Shown here in pieces: positions 43,597 to 56,248 of a DNA stretch of 57,308 bases. The notes below the pieces were generated by a model that worked only from the letters and a program-made list of their open reading frames with translations, was not told the DNA's origin and did not search any database. Source of the DNA: Alphaproteobacteria bacterium (GTDB lineage: Bacteria > Pseudomonadota > Alphaproteobacteria > UBA2966 > CAIVPW01); contig JABHVE010000016.1 of the NCBI GenBank assembly GCA_018658465.1, positions 1 to 57,308 on the forward strand. The letters run 5' to 3'. Position 1 is the first letter of the stretch; the number at the start of each line of letters is the position of its first letter. The position numbers and the translations under genes were made by a program.

Positions 43597-44498
43597 TGTT
43601 GGCCGTGGCCCTCTGCCGTTGCGGATGACGTTGACGTTGCGACCACCCACCAATCGGGGTGGTGTCGGGCAATGTTTTCAGCGGCAATTTCGGCATCCTC
43701 GGCGGAGGGGAAAATCCCAAAGCACACCGATCCGCTGCCGGACAAGCGCGCCAACATGCAACCCGGTTCCACCTCTAACGACCCCAGTGCATCGCCGATC
43801 ACTGGCCGCAAGGCTACCGCCGCAGCCTGCAAATCATTGTGGCGACCTGACAGGTCCTGAACGAATGCCTGGACTGAATCTGACGGGGTCATGCGGCCAT
43901 GTTCAGACCTGGTGCCTTGCCGGGCACCGAACACCTGTGCGGTCGATAGGGGCGCGTTGGGGCCCACCAAGACCAGAGACAGCGCCGGCGTGGTTGGAGC
44001 CAATTCGATCTGCTCCCCCGCGCCGCCCATTAATAAGGGTTGGGATACCAGGCACGCGGGCACATCTGCACCAATTTCCATCCCCAGTTCCGCCAGTTCG
44101 GCATCCGACGCCGCTAGCCCCCACAGGGCGTTCAGGGCGTGCAGGGTTGCCGCAGCATCCGCCGATCCTCCGCCAATCCCCGCAGCCACCGGCAAATTCT
44201 TATCCAGGGTGATAGTTGCCGCCGCTTCCAATCCGCCATGGCGTGCCAACGCCCGGGCGGCACGCACAACCAAATTGTTTTCCGGGTCGGTGGCCGCTAG
44301 GTCGTCGGCAAAGGGACCGGCGACCGCAAGGGTCAATGTTGGGCCACTTTCGACGCGGACCACATCACCTACATCGGCAAACATCACCAAGCTGTCCAGC
44401 ACGTGAAAGCCATCGGATCGCTGCCCCAATACATGGAGATACAGATTGAGTTTCGCTGGAGCCCGACACGTCACCCCAACACCGGGGCTGGCCACCAC
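43593..44498 (-). CDS. ispE: 4-diphosphocytidyl-2-C-methyl-D-erythritol kinase
   Basis: APAKLNLYLHVLGQRSDGFHVLDSLV and the GHMP kinase motif LPVAAGIGGGSADAAA. GTG 44498 lies just downstream of the upstream gene's stop. The track ORF extends to 44651. Confidence 0.95.
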   Translation of the reverse strand: MVASPGVGVTCRAPAKLNLYLHVLGQRSDGFHVLDSLVMFADVGDVVRVESGPTLTLAVAGPFADDLAATDPENNLVVRAARALARHGGLEAAATITLDKNLPVAAGIGGGSADAAATLHALNALWGLAASDAELAELGMEIGADVPACLVSQPLLMGGAGEQIELAPTTPALSLVLVGPNAPLSTAQVFGARQGTRSEHGRMTPSDSVQAFVQDLSGRHNDLQAAAVALRPVIGDALGSLEVEPGCMLARLSGSGSVCFGIFPSAEDAEIAAENIARHHPDWWVVATSTSSATAEGHGQQ

Positions 44499-44508
44499 CC
44501 TAGACAGG

Positions 44509-46275
44509 CTAGATATCGAGCCCTTGTTCAAGCTTTTTAAGGATGATGGGAAGTTGATCGTCCTCAGGCCCCAGATCCAAGGCATGTTGCCACTGGAACG
44601 TCGCCTCGCGCTTGCGACCCACCCGCCAATAGGCGTCTCCCAGATGGTCATTGATGGTCGAGTCGCCCGGGGTCAATTGCACCGCCCGTTCCAATTGGCG
44701 GACGGCTTCTTCGTAATTGCCCAGCATGTAGTGACCCCAACCCAGGCTGTCGACAATGAACCCTGCCGTGGGACGCTGGGCCACCGCCCGTTCAATCATT
44801 TCGGTGGCTTCTTCCACATTGCGGCCCATTTCGACCCAGGAATATCCCAGGTAATTCAGAATAAAGGGCTGATCGGGCTCCAGCTCCAACGCCTGAAGAA
44901 AATCTGCTTCGGCGCGGTCCCAATCCCCTGACCGCTCCAGCACCGTTCCCCGGGTATAAAGCAGCACCCAGTCGCCGCGCGAAAGTTGGTCGATGCGGTC
45001 TACCGCCCGGTCATACGCGGCGACCGAATCTTCGAACCGGCTTGCTGACCGAAAAATGTCTCCAAGACTGATCAGCGCCTCGACCCCATTCGGTCGTTCA
45101 TTGGCCATGCCTTCCAAAATCGCGGCCGCCCCATCCACGTCGTCCATACGGCCAAGGTTAACAGCGGTACGCATGCGCGCCGCCCATGAATAGGGAGAGT
45201 CCAGCTGAACATTCGCCAAGACTTCGTTGGCCAAGTCCCACAGCTCTTCTTGTTCCATGGTGTTGGCCAAAGCCATCATGGCGGGTTCCAAATCGGGGCG
45301 AAGGTACAAGGCAAGCTGGGCAAAATTGCGCGCGGGGTTCAGGGCATTTTCCTGGGTCAGTTCCGCCGCCATGCCTTCGAACGCTTCTGCCAACCCTGCC
45401 GCCACATCGGCGATCATCGGCGCCGCCGTGCCACCGCCCTGGTGGGCCGCCAAGGCCGCCCCAATGATTTCATCATCCGGCGCCACGGCAAGAAAATTTT
45501 CGTACAGGGCAGCGGCCTCGTCCGACCGATCCTGATTTTCCAGGAACGCGCCATAGGCTTCGACCCCACGGCTGGACACACCGCTTTCCAACATCAACTG
45601 GAATTGCGCTTCCGCATCGTCAATTCGACCATCGAACCAGGTGATCAAAGCCGTGTGATAAACCCGCATGGGGGTAAAAGACGAATTGACGCTAAGGGCT
45701 TCCAAGGCCAAAAGGGCGTCGTCGACCTGACCCAGACCCACCAGAACCCAAGCTTCTACCAGTGGCCCCAACAGCCGGTTAATTCCAGTCAAGGGAACGG
45801 CACCGACCAGCTCTGCTGCCGCGGCGTAATCCCCCGCCGTCATCTTGCCCACCGAGGCCAACAGCAATGCGGTCCCATCGTCGGGGCGGAAATCCAACAG
45901 GTGTTCCGCCGCAGCGATGGCCTTTTCAACCTGGCCGTCCGCCAACATAAAAAGCGACGCCGCCGACAGCAGCTCCGGATTATCCGGATCCACCATCAAA
46001 ACCTGATCGTAATACTCAACGGCCGCACCCAAATCCCGGTCGGTCCCGGCAACCCGCGCCGCCAAATAGGCCCCAAGCTTTGCAGACTCTCCGGCTTTTT
46101 GCGCCATGACCGGGGTCGGCTGAGCAACGCCCATAATCGCCGCCAGACTTACCCCCGCGGCCAAGGTCATTGCCAGTTTGCCGAGGCGCCGTTTGTTCGG
46201 GCCACCCTGATGGGCCATGGTTTTCTCTGTCATGGGGTTCTCACACGATCTATTGGTCAAAAAATGCGTGGGCAA
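44509..46275 (-). CDS. Tetratricopeptide-repeat protein (conserved neighbour of ispE in alphaproteobacteria)
   Basis: A signal-like N-terminus followed by many TPR units (for example AEADFLQALELEPDQPFILNYLGYSWVEMGRNVEEATEMIERAV). The exact start is uncertain. Confidence 0.85.
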   Translation of the reverse strand: MPTHFLTNRSCENPMTEKTMAHQGGPNKRRLGKLAMTLAAGVSLAAIMGVAQPTPVMAQKAGESAKLGAYLAARVAGTDRDLGAAVEYYDQVLMVDPDNPELLSAASLFMLADGQVEKAIAAAEHLLDFRPDDGTALLLASVGKMTAGDYAAAAELVGAVPLTGINRLLGPLVEAWVLVGLGQVDDALLALEALSVNSSFTPMRVYHTALITWFDGRIDDAEAQFQLMLESGVSSRGVEAYGAFLENQDRSDEAAALYENFLAVAPDDEIIGAALAAHQGGGTAAPMIADVAAGLAEAFEGMAAELTQENALNPARNFAQLALYLRPDLEPAMMALANTMEQEELWDLANEVLANVQLDSPYSWAARMRTAVNLGRMDDVDGAAAILEGMANERPNGVEALISLGDIFRSASRFEDSVAAYDRAVDRIDQLSRGDWVLLYTRGTVLERSGDWDRAEADFLQALELEPDQPFILNYLGYSWVEMGRNVEEATEMIERAVAQRPTAGFIVDSLGWGHYMLGNYEEAVRQLERAVQLTPGDSTINDHLGDAYWRVGRKREATFQWQHALDLGPEDDQLPIILKKLEQGLDI

Positions 46276-46311
46276 ATGTACCCCGACAACGGAAAAACCA
46301 CCACCGGTGCG

Positions 46312-47985
46312 TCACATACTCGTGTAGTTGGGGCCGCCGCCGCCCTCTGGCGGGGTCCATCGGATGTTTTGCCGGGGATCTTTGATATCGCAGGCTTTGC
46401 AATGTAGGCAGTTCTGGGCATTGATTTGCAAGGTTGCCGCGCCGCCATTTTCCGGCTGAACGAATTCATAAACCCCGGCCGGGCAGAACCGGGTTTCAGG
46501 CCCGGCGAACTGCGCCAAGTTTACGGTCACCGCCAGGGACGGATCCGCCAACACCAAGTGGCTGGGCTGATCAGTGCCGTGATCGGTCCCCGATCCATGC
46601 ACCGATGAGGGCCGATCAAAGTTCAGGATCCCGTCAGCTTTGGGGTAATCGATGGGCCGGTGATCCCGCGCCCGACCCAGGCGTTGATGGTCCGCGGCGC
46701 CTAACGAAAATGTCCAAGGGGCGCGGCCCCGCAATAGGACCTGATCGATCCCGGCCAGCACCGTGCCCAGCACCAACCCATGGCCCATGGATGGCCGAAA
46801 ATTGCGCGCCCGGGCCAGCTCCTCTGCCACAACTGACGTCGCCATTTGTTGGCCATAGGCCACCGGCTCGGCACCGGCGTCATACCCATCCACCAGCCCC
46901 TGGAATATAGCCTCGGCGGCGATACGACCGCTGCGCAGGGCGTTGTGGATGCCTTTGTTTTTGGCAGCGTTCAAAAACCCCGCCCCGTCGCCAATCAATG
47001 CGCCACCAGGGAACGTCAACTTCGGCAGGGCCTGGGCACCACCCTCCACCAACGTGCGCGCGCCAAATGACAGGCGCTTGGCCCCCCGCAATCGCGCGGC
47101 AATGGATGGGTGGGTTTTGAATCGCTGGAATTCCTGGAACGGATCTAGGTAAGGATTTCTATAATCCAAAGCCACGACCAGCCCCACCACCAACTGGTTG
47201 TCTTCCAAGGCGTACAAAAATCCGCCACCGTAATTTGATCCGTTGCCTGCCCCGGATAAGGGCCACCCCGCCGTGTGAACAACGTTGCCCGGGCGATGGT
47301 CATCCCCTTCAACCCGCCAGATTTCTTTGAACCCCAGGCCGTATGTTTGGGGCTGGGCATGGCGGTCCAAATTGAATTGTTCGATGACTTGGCGAGAAAG
47401 CGAGCCCCGGCAGCCTTCCCCTAGCAGGGTGATCGTCGCCCCGATATCCGCACCCGCCTGAAATTCGGGGCCAGGACTGCCGTCTTGGCCCACACCAAAA
47501 TCGCCCGACGCGACGCCGGCAACCGCCCCGGTGTCATTATGTAGAAGGCCCGCCCCCGGGAATCCCGGCAGAATTTCGACCCCAAGAGCTTCGGCTTGGT
47601 CCCCCAACCACCGGCATAAGCTCCCCAGACTGACAAGATAATTCCCGGCGTTCTTCATTGCGGGGGGTACCAAGGCATGGGGCCAAGTGAAGGCCTTTGA
47701 TGGTGTCAGAAAGCTAAGCCGTTCATCGGTCACCTGCGTGGTCACCGGCGCTCCCTGGGATTGCCAATCCGGGATTAATTCATCCAGTGCGGCGGGCTCC
47801 AAAATTGCCCCCGACAAACTATGCCCGCCGACCTCGGCGGCTTTTTCAAGGACTGCCACCGATACCGAATGATCGTGTTGGGCCGACAGTTGCCCCAAGC
47901 GGATGGCCGCCGCCAGGCCGGCCGGGCCCGCCCCAACAATCACCACATCGAATTCCATGCGCTCCCGCTTCCCGCGATCCGTCAC
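46312..47985 (-). CDS. Electron-transfer flavoprotein:ubiquinone oxidoreductase
   Basis: FAD motif FDVVIVGAGPAGLAAAIRL and the C-terminal 4Fe-4S region CPAGVYEF...NAQNCLHCKACDIKDP...W..PEGGGGPNY. Start is GTG 47985 or ATG 47958. The track ORF extends to 48054. Confidence 0.95.
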   Translation of the reverse strand: MTDRGKRERMEFDVVIVGAGPAGLAAAIRLGQLSAQHDHSVSVAVLEKAAEVGGHSLSGAILEPAALDELIPDWQSQGAPVTTQVTDERLSFLTPSKAFTWPHALVPPAMKNAGNYLVSLGSLCRWLGDQAEALGVEILPGFPGAGLLHNDTGAVAGVASGDFGVGQDGSPGPEFQAGADIGATITLLGEGCRGSLSRQVIEQFNLDRHAQPQTYGLGFKEIWRVEGDDHRPGNVVHTAGWPLSGAGNGSNYGGGFLYALEDNQLVVGLVVALDYRNPYLDPFQEFQRFKTHPSIAARLRGAKRLSFGARTLVEGGAQALPKLTFPGGALIGDGAGFLNAAKNKGIHNALRSGRIAAEAIFQGLVDGYDAGAEPVAYGQQMATSVVAEELARARNFRPSMGHGLVLGTVLAGIDQVLLRGRAPWTFSLGAADHQRLGRARDHRPIDYPKADGILNFDRPSSVHGSGTDHGTDQPSHLVLADPSLAVTVNLAQFAGPETRFCPAGVYEFVQPENGGAATLQINAQNCLHCKACDIKDPRQNIRWTPPEGGGGPNYTSM

Positions 47986-48012
47986 ATGGACCCCGTGTGA
48001 TAGAGTGGCCAA

Positions 48013-48909
48013 ATGGAGCCCAGCGAAACCCCATTGAACATGTTGGCTTGGCAAATCGAAGCTGGCGCCGATGAAGCCATTGGCGAGGCCCCCATCAATC
48101 GGTACCGGTCACCGGCGCCTGTGGACCTCCCCGCTCCGCCACCAAGTCCCGCTGCTGCGGCACCAAATCCCGCAGCGACCGCACCAAATCCCGCTGCTTC
48201 GCCACCAAATCCCGCTGCGACCCCCGCCCAGTCATCTTTTCCGCCCCCTTCGTCATCGCCGTCCAGCCTGACATCGACGGACACCATCGCAAAAAGCGCC
48301 CATGACTTGGCTGCTGCGGCCACCGATTTGGCGGCCTTGGCCGATGCCCTAGCGCGCTTTGATGGCTGCGCCTTGGCCGACACCGCGACGAATTTGGTGT
48401 TTGCCGACGGCAACTCTAACGCCCAAGTCATGATCATCGGCGAAGCCCCTGGCGCCGACGAAGATCGCCAAGGCTTGCCGTTCGTGGGCTTGGCCGGACA
48501 ACTTTTGGATCGCATGCTAGGGACCATCGGATTGGACCGTTCCAGTACATATATCTCCAACATCCTGCCTTGGCGGCCTCCGGGCAACCGAAAACCGACC
48601 CCCAATGAAGTGACCATATGTTTGCCGTTCCTGCGACGCCACATCGAACTGGCGGAGCCAAAAATTCTTGTGCTGGTGGGCGGCACCTCGGCCCAAGCGC
48701 TGCTGGGGGTTACCCAGGGGATTACCCGCCTGCGCGGCCGCTGGCACGACTATCCCCGACACGGTATCGGGTCCGAGGCAAGCAGCCCCATTCCCGCCAT
48801 GCCGATTTTTCACCCGGCCTATTTGTTGCGAAAGCCTGGCATGAAGCGCGAAGCCTGGCGCGACTTGCGCGAAATTCGCCGCCGCATTGATGCGGATTTC
48901 AGTGCCTGA
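48013..48909 (+). CDS. Family 4 uracil-DNA glycosylase with Pro/Ala-rich N-terminal linker
   Basis: [31 protein letters not shown] and HPAYLLR are family-4 UDG motifs. The start may be ATG 48040. Confidence 0.9.
   Translation: MEPSETPLNMLAWQIEAGADEAIGEAPINRYRSPAPVDLPAPPPSPAAAAPNPAATAPNPAASPPNPAATPAQSSFPPPSSSPSSLTSTDTIAKSAHDLAAAATDLAALADALARFDGCALADTATNLVFADGNSNAQVMIIGEAPGADEDRQGLPFVGLAGQLLDRMLGTIGLDRSSTYISNILPWRPPGNRKPTPNEVTICLPFLRRHIELAEPKILVLVGGTSAQALLGVTQGITRLRGRWHDYPRHGIGSEASSPIPAMPIFHPAYLLRKPGMKREAWRDLREIRRRIDADFSA
48139..48222 (+). repeat. Four tandem, imperfect 21-nt coding repeats (PxPAAxx heptads)
   Basis: The unit GCACCAAATCCCGC(A/T)GC(G/T)(A/T)CC is repeated head to tail. It encodes [28 protein letters not shown]. 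Confidence 0.8.
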
Positions 48910-48954
48910 GGCATTGGCATAAGTGGCCATCGCCGCCTTGCCGGAAAATGCCGG

Positions 48955-50856
48955 GTGGGATATGACGCCACTAACACTTGGGTTCATGGAGGCTCTAACT
49001 TGATCGGTAATCGACCCCGTCGGACAGCCGTTGTACGCTTTTCAAGATATTGGTTTGCCCGCACGGCAACGCCGTGGATTGCAAGTGTCGCTCTGGCGTT
49101 AATCGCCCTGTCCCCCGGCACCGGTGTGGCAGCAGACATCGCCATTGGCCCCCCCATGGGGGCGGAGCTATCAGCAGCCGATATCGTTGCATACCAAGAA
49201 ATTTTCGCCTTGCAAGAAGCCGGGAACTTAGCCGCAGCCGATGTCCTGATCGATGGCATCTACAATCCGATTTTGATGGGCCATGTGCAGTTCCAGCGGT
49301 ACATGCACCCAACAGCATACCGATCGAAATTTTCCGAATTGTCCCATTGGCTTGAACATTACCGGGATTTGCCGGGGGCGGATCGCATCTACAATTTGGC
49401 CAAGCGCCGTAAGCCGTCGTCGGCGGCTGCACCCCTGGCCCCCACCCGGCCCCATACCAACGGCGCGTCAAATCTTGGGGGCGGTGCCAATCGCGTCGAG
49501 ACCGCCCGCATCCCCACGTACCGATCACCGATGGCCCGGTCGTCGTCGGATGCCCGCAAGGTCCGCGATGCCTTTTCCCACGTGCGCCGACACCTCAGGG
49601 TGTTGGATGTGGAACACGCCCTGGGCGACCTGGCGAACGGCGTCAGTATCAATACCCGCATGGACGACACGGAACGGGATCTGATCGCCGCCATCATCGT
49701 TACTGGGCTGTTCCAAACCGGCCAAGACGCCCGGGCATTGGAGCTGGCAAACGGTATTGCCGATTCAACTCTGCGGTACGCCCCAAAAGTCGATTGGATC
49801 GCCGGATTGGCGGCCTGGAATTTGGGGGAATACGGCCAAGCCTTGGCGCGATTCGAACGCTATGCCGTGGCCGAGGGCCTAGACAGCGGCGAAAAATCAG
49901 CCGCCGCATTTTGGGCAGCGCGGGCCAGCTTGGCCGCACGCCAGCCGCAAGCGGTTATTCCATGGCTGCAACGGGCGGCCTTGGCTCCACATTCTTTGTA
50001 CGGAACTTTGGCCACCCGCCAACTGGGCTTGTCCGCCGATTTGGATTGGGATCCGGCCCCCGTAACCGACGAAGAAGTCCTGATTCTACAAGGTGTCACC
50101 GCCATCCGCCGGGCCATTGCTTTATCGCAAATCGGCAACGATTACATGGCCGATAAGGAAATCCGCGCGGTCTATGCCGCCGCTGGATTTGGCATTTCAC
50201 GGCCCCTGTTGGCGGTGATTACCAATTACGGCATGGCGGCGTCTGAACTGCGCGTCAGCCGTGATGTGCTGACTTTTTCCGGCGAGGCGTTTAGCCGGTC
50301 ATTATATCCCGTGCCCAATTGGGACCACAGTTTCGAATTGGACCTAGCATTGGTGCTGGCCTTTGTGCGCCAAGAATCTGCATTCAACACCCGGGCTTAC
50401 AGCGTCGATGGTGCCCACGGCTTGATGCAATTGATGCCCAGCACGGCAAGCTTTGTCACCGGCGACAATTCATTGCGCGGTCGAAATTCCGATAAGCTTT
50501 TCGAGCCCGAATACAATTTGTCCCTGGGTCAGCAATACTTGCAATTGCTGATGGAGACCGAACATGTGGGCAGCAATTTGGTGCTGATGATGGCGGCGTA
50601 TAACGGTGGCCCCGGGAATGTTGGGAAGTGGCTGCGGGCCGGCGGGGCAGCGACCGATCCGCTGATTTTCATCGAAAAAATTCCGTTGTGGGAAACCCGG
50701 GATTTTGTCCAACGGGTTCTGACAAATTTGTGGATGTACCGGGCGCGCCTGGGCCAAGACTCCCCAACCCTTGACGCCATAGCAAGTGGCGCGGCACCCT
50801 TGTACCAATCGGTGGATGGCATTCAACAAACGGCGTTTCGAGATGGCAGGAATTGA
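48955..50856 (+). CDS. Soluble lytic murein transglycosylase (Slt70-like)
   Basis: A signal peptide, a superhelical N-terminal region and the SLT catalytic motifs VRQESAFNTRAYSVDGAHGLMQLMPSTA and AAYNGGPGNV. Confidence 0.85.
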   Translation: MGYDATNTWVHGGSNLIGNRPRRTAVVRFSRYWFARTATPWIASVALALIALSPGTGVAADIAIGPPMGAELSAADIVAYQEIFALQEAGNLAAADVLIDGIYNPILMGHVQFQRYMHPTAYRSKFSELSHWLEHYRDLPGADRIYNLAKRRKPSSAAAPLAPTRPHTNGASNLGGGANRVETARIPTYRSPMARSSSDARKVRDAFSHVRRHLRVLDVEHALGDLANGVSINTRMDDTERDLIAAIIVTGLFQTGQDARALELANGIADSTLRYAPKVDWIAGLAAWNLGEYGQALARFERYAVAEGLDSGEKSAAAFWAARASLAARQPQAVIPWLQRAALAPHSLYGTLATRQLGLSADLDWDPAPVTDEEVLILQGVTAIRRAIALSQIGNDYMADKEIRAVYAAAGFGISRPLLAVITNYGMAASELRVSRDVLTFSGEAFSRSLYPVPNWDHSFELDLALVLAFVRQESAFNTRAYSVDGAHGLMQLMPSTASFVTGDNSLRGRNSDKLFEPEYNLSLGQQYLQLLMETEHVGSNLVLMMAAYNGGPGNVGKWLRAGGAATDPLIFIEKIPLWETRDFVQRVLTNLWMYRARLGQDSPTLDAIASGAAPLYQSVDGIQQTAFRDGRN

Positions 50857-51373
50857 CGAAAACAAGAAATTTGAACCGGTGCGCATTGCCGTGGTTACGG
50901 TTTCCGACACCCGCACCTTAGAGACTGACAAATCCGGTCAAACCTTGGTGGACCGCCTAACGCTGGCCGGTCACGAACTGGCCCACCGCTCCATCGTCAC
51001 CGATGACATTGATAAAATTCAGGACCGTCTGAAGGGACTAATCGCCGACGACGGGGTGGAAGCGGTCATTACGACGGGTGGCACCGGCATTACCGGCCGC
51101 GATGTGACGCCGGAAGCCATGGAGCCCCTGTACGACAAAAAGATCGACGGGTTCGGCGAATTGTTCCGGCAAATCTCGTTCCAAAAGGTCGGCACATCGT
51201 CGTTGCAATCGCGGGCCACCGGGGGCATCGCAGGGGGCACATTTTTGTTCGCCGTGCCGGGATCGCCCAATGCCTGCAAAGACGCTTGGGATGGCATTTT
51301 GCGGTTCCAATTGGACCTGCGCCACATGCCCTGCAATTTGCCCGAAATGATCCCGCGGCTTTTGGAATCCTAA
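50843..51373 (+). CDS. moaB: Molybdenum cofactor biosynthesis protein B (MoaB/MogA fold)
   Basis: RIAVVTVSDTRT...DKSG and TTGGTGITGRDVTPEA. ATG 50843 overlaps the end of the transglycosylase gene. Confidence 0.8.
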   Translation: MAGIDENKKFEPVRIAVVTVSDTRTLETDKSGQTLVDRLTLAGHELAHRSIVTDDIDKIQDRLKGLIADDGVEAVITTGGTGITGRDVTPEAMEPLYDKKIDGFGELFRQISFQKVGTSSLQSRATGGIAGGTFLFAVPGSPNACKDAWDGILRFQLDLRHMPCNLPEMIPRLLES

Positions 51374-51424
51374 ACCCGCTTGATTGAGATACCGTGGGCT
51401 CCTCATTCAAAATGGAGAACCACC

Positions 51425-51691
51425 ATGGCACTCGACCAAGCTCAGAAAACCTCCGCCGACGTATTGGCTGTCCGCATGATTTTGGGACAGCTCATTGTCC
51501 AAATCGCCGCCGGGGCCGAAGACCCCGAAGAAGTCATTCAGATCATGTTGAAGTCACTGCTGATGACCGCTGATATGGCCAAATTGCGCGATCTACCCGA
51601 AGACCAGGAAGCAGAGATGCGCGAGCACTTGAAAGACTCCATGACCCGGTTCTTTGGCTCCATGGTCATGCAGCCCCCACCACCGTCTTAA
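51425..51691 (+). CDS. Hypothetical small protein (88 aa)
   Basis: ORF with an ATG at 51425. I recognised no family. The coding call rests only on ORF length and its position between genes. Confidence 0.4.
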   Translation: MALDQAQKTSADVLAVRMILGQLIVQIAAGAEDPEEVIQIMLKSLLMTADMAKLRDLPEDQEAEMREHLKDSMTRFFGSMVMQPPPPS

Positions 51692-51754
51692 ACATCTAGT
51701 CTCGGAAATGTTCCCTCTCTGTTCTTTTCGGCGCAGGGCCGCTAAACTGCCCGG

Positions 51755-52882
51755 ATGGGGGCGAAATCAGATCTGCGAACGGTGGATCCCACGGACCCGG
51801 CGGTGCGCCGTGGCCGGGGGGCCGGGGCCAATCCATCGGGGCGGTTCGAGGCCTATGCGCGGGTAACAAAAGACCGCGATTGGGATTTCGGCGATGGCTG
51901 GGATGACAAAAACATCGATGCCCCGCCCCCGCGCCTGGCCACCACCGTTCGGGTCGATGCCCCGCGGACCATCATCGCCCGCAACACATCCCCCGATGTC
52001 CCCTTCGACCGATCGATCAACCCCTATCGCGGCTGCGAACACGGATGCGTTTATTGCTTCGCCCGGCCCACCCACGAATTTTTGGGCCTGTCGGCGGGGC
52101 TGGATTTCGAAACGAAATTGGTGGCCAAACCCGATGCCCCGGCGTTGCTGGCCCAGGAACTTGCCAAGCCGCGATACAAATGCGCGCCAATGGCCATGGG
52201 CACCAACACCGATCCGTACCAGCCGATCGAGCGCGACTGGAAAATCACCCGCGGCGTGTTGGAGGTATTGGCGGCTGCAAACCATCCGGTGGCGTTTGTC
52301 ACCAAATCGAATTTGATTGTCCGCGATGTGGACATCCTCGGCCCCATGGCGGCGCGGAATTTGGCCGCCGCCAATCTCAGCATCACCACATTGGATCGTC
52401 ACTTGGCACGGACCATGGAGCCCCGGGCCGCCACGCCGCAGCGGCGATTGGATGCCGTGCGCGCCTTGGCCGATGCGGGGGTGCCCACGGGAGTGATGGT
52501 GGCCCCAGTGATTCCCGGCCTGAATGATTCCGAAATCGAATCGATTTTGCAGGCAGCCGCAAAGGCCGGAGCCACATCGGCTGCCATGATCATGGTTCGC
52601 CTGCCATACGGGGTGAAGGACCTGTTCGCCGATTGGCTGACCGAACATTTTCCCGATCGCCGGGACCGGGTTTTGGGGTTGATCCGCACTGTTAGGGCCG
52701 GCGCGGAATCGAGCGCAAGTTTTTTTGAACGCCAGTCCGGTAGCGGCCCCGTGGCGGCGATGATAAAACAGCGTTTTGCTGCTGCGTGCCGCCGCTTTGG
52801 CCTGAACAGGTCGAATGTGAAATTGGATACGTCGCAATTCGTGCCGCCGGATTTGTCCGGCCAATTGGGTCTTTTTCCATGA
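51755..52882 (+). CDS. Radical SAM protein (PA0069/SplB-like family)
   Basis: NPYRGCEHGCVYCFARP contains the CxxxCxxC radical-SAM cluster motif, in the context I recall as typical of the PA0069 family. Confidence 0.85.
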   Translation: MGAKSDLRTVDPTDPAVRRGRGAGANPSGRFEAYARVTKDRDWDFGDGWDDKNIDAPPPRLATTVRVDAPRTIIARNTSPDVPFDRSINPYRGCEHGCVYCFARPTHEFLGLSAGLDFETKLVAKPDAPALLAQELAKPRYKCAPMAMGTNTDPYQPIERDWKITRGVLEVLAAANHPVAFVTKSNLIVRDVDILGPMAARNLAAANLSITTLDRHLARTMEPRAATPQRRLDAVRALADAGVPTGVMVAPVIPGLNDSEIESILQAAAKAGATSAAMIMVRLPYGVKDLFADWLTEHFPDRRDRVLGLIRTVRAGAESSASFFERQSGSGPVAAMIKQRFAAACRRFGLNRSNVKLDTSQFVPPDLSGQLGLFP

Positions 52883-53337
52883 TGGAATTTCGAAAATTTG
52901 TCGGCGCATTTCTTGGGTTGGTGATCGGCCTCGGCACCACCGCTGCGATCCCCCAAGATTTCAAATTCGCCGGCCTGGTGATTTCTGATCCCTGGGCCCG
53001 GGCCACCACCACGGCCGGCCAGGCTGGGGCCATCTATCTGACCTTGGAAAACGAAACCGAAGAAGGCGAATACCTAGTGGGAGCCTCCACGGATATCGCC
53101 GAGGTCGCCCAGCTTCATGAAACCCAAATCACCGACGGTGTTGCCCGCATGGTGCCCGTGGAAAGTGTTGGGTTAGGGCCGGGGATGGGTGCCGATTTGG
53201 CACCGGGTGGGGTCCACATCATGCTGATGGGCCTGACCGAGCAATTGGTGGCGGGGCAGGTGTTTCGCCTGCGGCTGACATTCGAGCGTGCTGGACCGAC
53301 CACCGTGGACGTGGAAGTCCGGCCTCTGGGGGGCTGA
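52879..53337 (+). CDS. Periplasmic copper chaperone PCu(A)C (DUF461)
   Basis: A signal peptide (MMEFRKFVGAFLGLVIGLG), then ISDPWARAT...GAIYLTLEN and the H(M)x10Mx21HxM-like region VHIMLMGL. ATG 52879 overlaps the upstream TGA (ATGA). Confidence 0.85.
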   Translation: MMEFRKFVGAFLGLVIGLGTTAAIPQDFKFAGLVISDPWARATTTAGQAGAIYLTLENETEEGEYLVGASTDIAEVAQLHETQITDGVARMVPVESVGLGPGMGADLAPGGVHIMLMGLTEQLVAGQVFRLRLTFERAGPTTVDVEVRPLGG

Positions 53338-53953
53338 TCTGATCGCCCTGCCAGACTGGACCCGCGAACGCCAAGCCGGGTGCTTGGTAGCAGGCATTGA
53401 TGAAGCCGGGCGCGGCCCCTTGGCGGGGCCGGTGGTGGCCGCCGCCGTCATCCTGCCCGACCCGCGCAACACCCAACTGCCCGACGGCATCAATGATTCC
53501 AAGGCGTTGACCCCGGCCCGCCGCGATAAAATCTTCACAGGGATCAGGGCAACCGCCATCGTCGGTGTCGGCTTGGCGACCGTCGACGAAATCGACCAGA
53601 TCAACATTCTGCAGGCCACCATGTTGGCCATGACCCGTTCGGTCGGGGCGTTGAGCCAATCGCCTGAGTTTGCCTTGGTGGATGGCAACCGCATACCGGA
53701 TTTACCGTGCCCGGGGGACGCGGTGATCGGTGGCGACGGCCTGTGCCTTTCTATCGCCGCCGCCTCGATCATTGCCAAGGTCATTCGCGACCGGATCATG
53801 GAGGGCCTGGCCCGGGCCAACCCGTCCTATGGCTGGGAACGCAATCGCGGCTATGGCACGGCGGAACACAAAAACGCCATTGCCGCAGGTGGAGTCACCT
53901 GCCATCACCGGCGGTCTTTCGCACCCATCCGAGAAGCAATTCAAGCTCGTGAA

Positions 53954-53983
<30 letters not shown>
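53288..53983 (+). CDS. rnhB: Ribonuclease HII
   Basis: AGIDEAGRGPLAGPVVAAAVIL and DSKALT are canonical RNase HII motifs. The start (GTG 53288 or a later codon) is uncertain. Confidence 0.95.
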
Positions 53984-56200
<2,217 letters not shown>

Positions 56201-56248
56201 GTTACCATCACGTTGCGCATCTGCGCGTAAACGCCCAAGATATTCCCC

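Noticed and set aside
51767-52909. A 380-aa - strand ORF, plus other long antisense ORFs (1316-1891, 11951-12598, 27805-28743, 28831-29409, 31065-31646, 43328-44212, 45250-46407, 47982-48686, 53173-53820, 55311-55835).
   Set aside because: Each lies entirely opposite a gene with strong family motifs. Each encodes Arg/Pro/Gly-rich, low-complexity sequence typical of shadow frames in GC-rich coding DNA.
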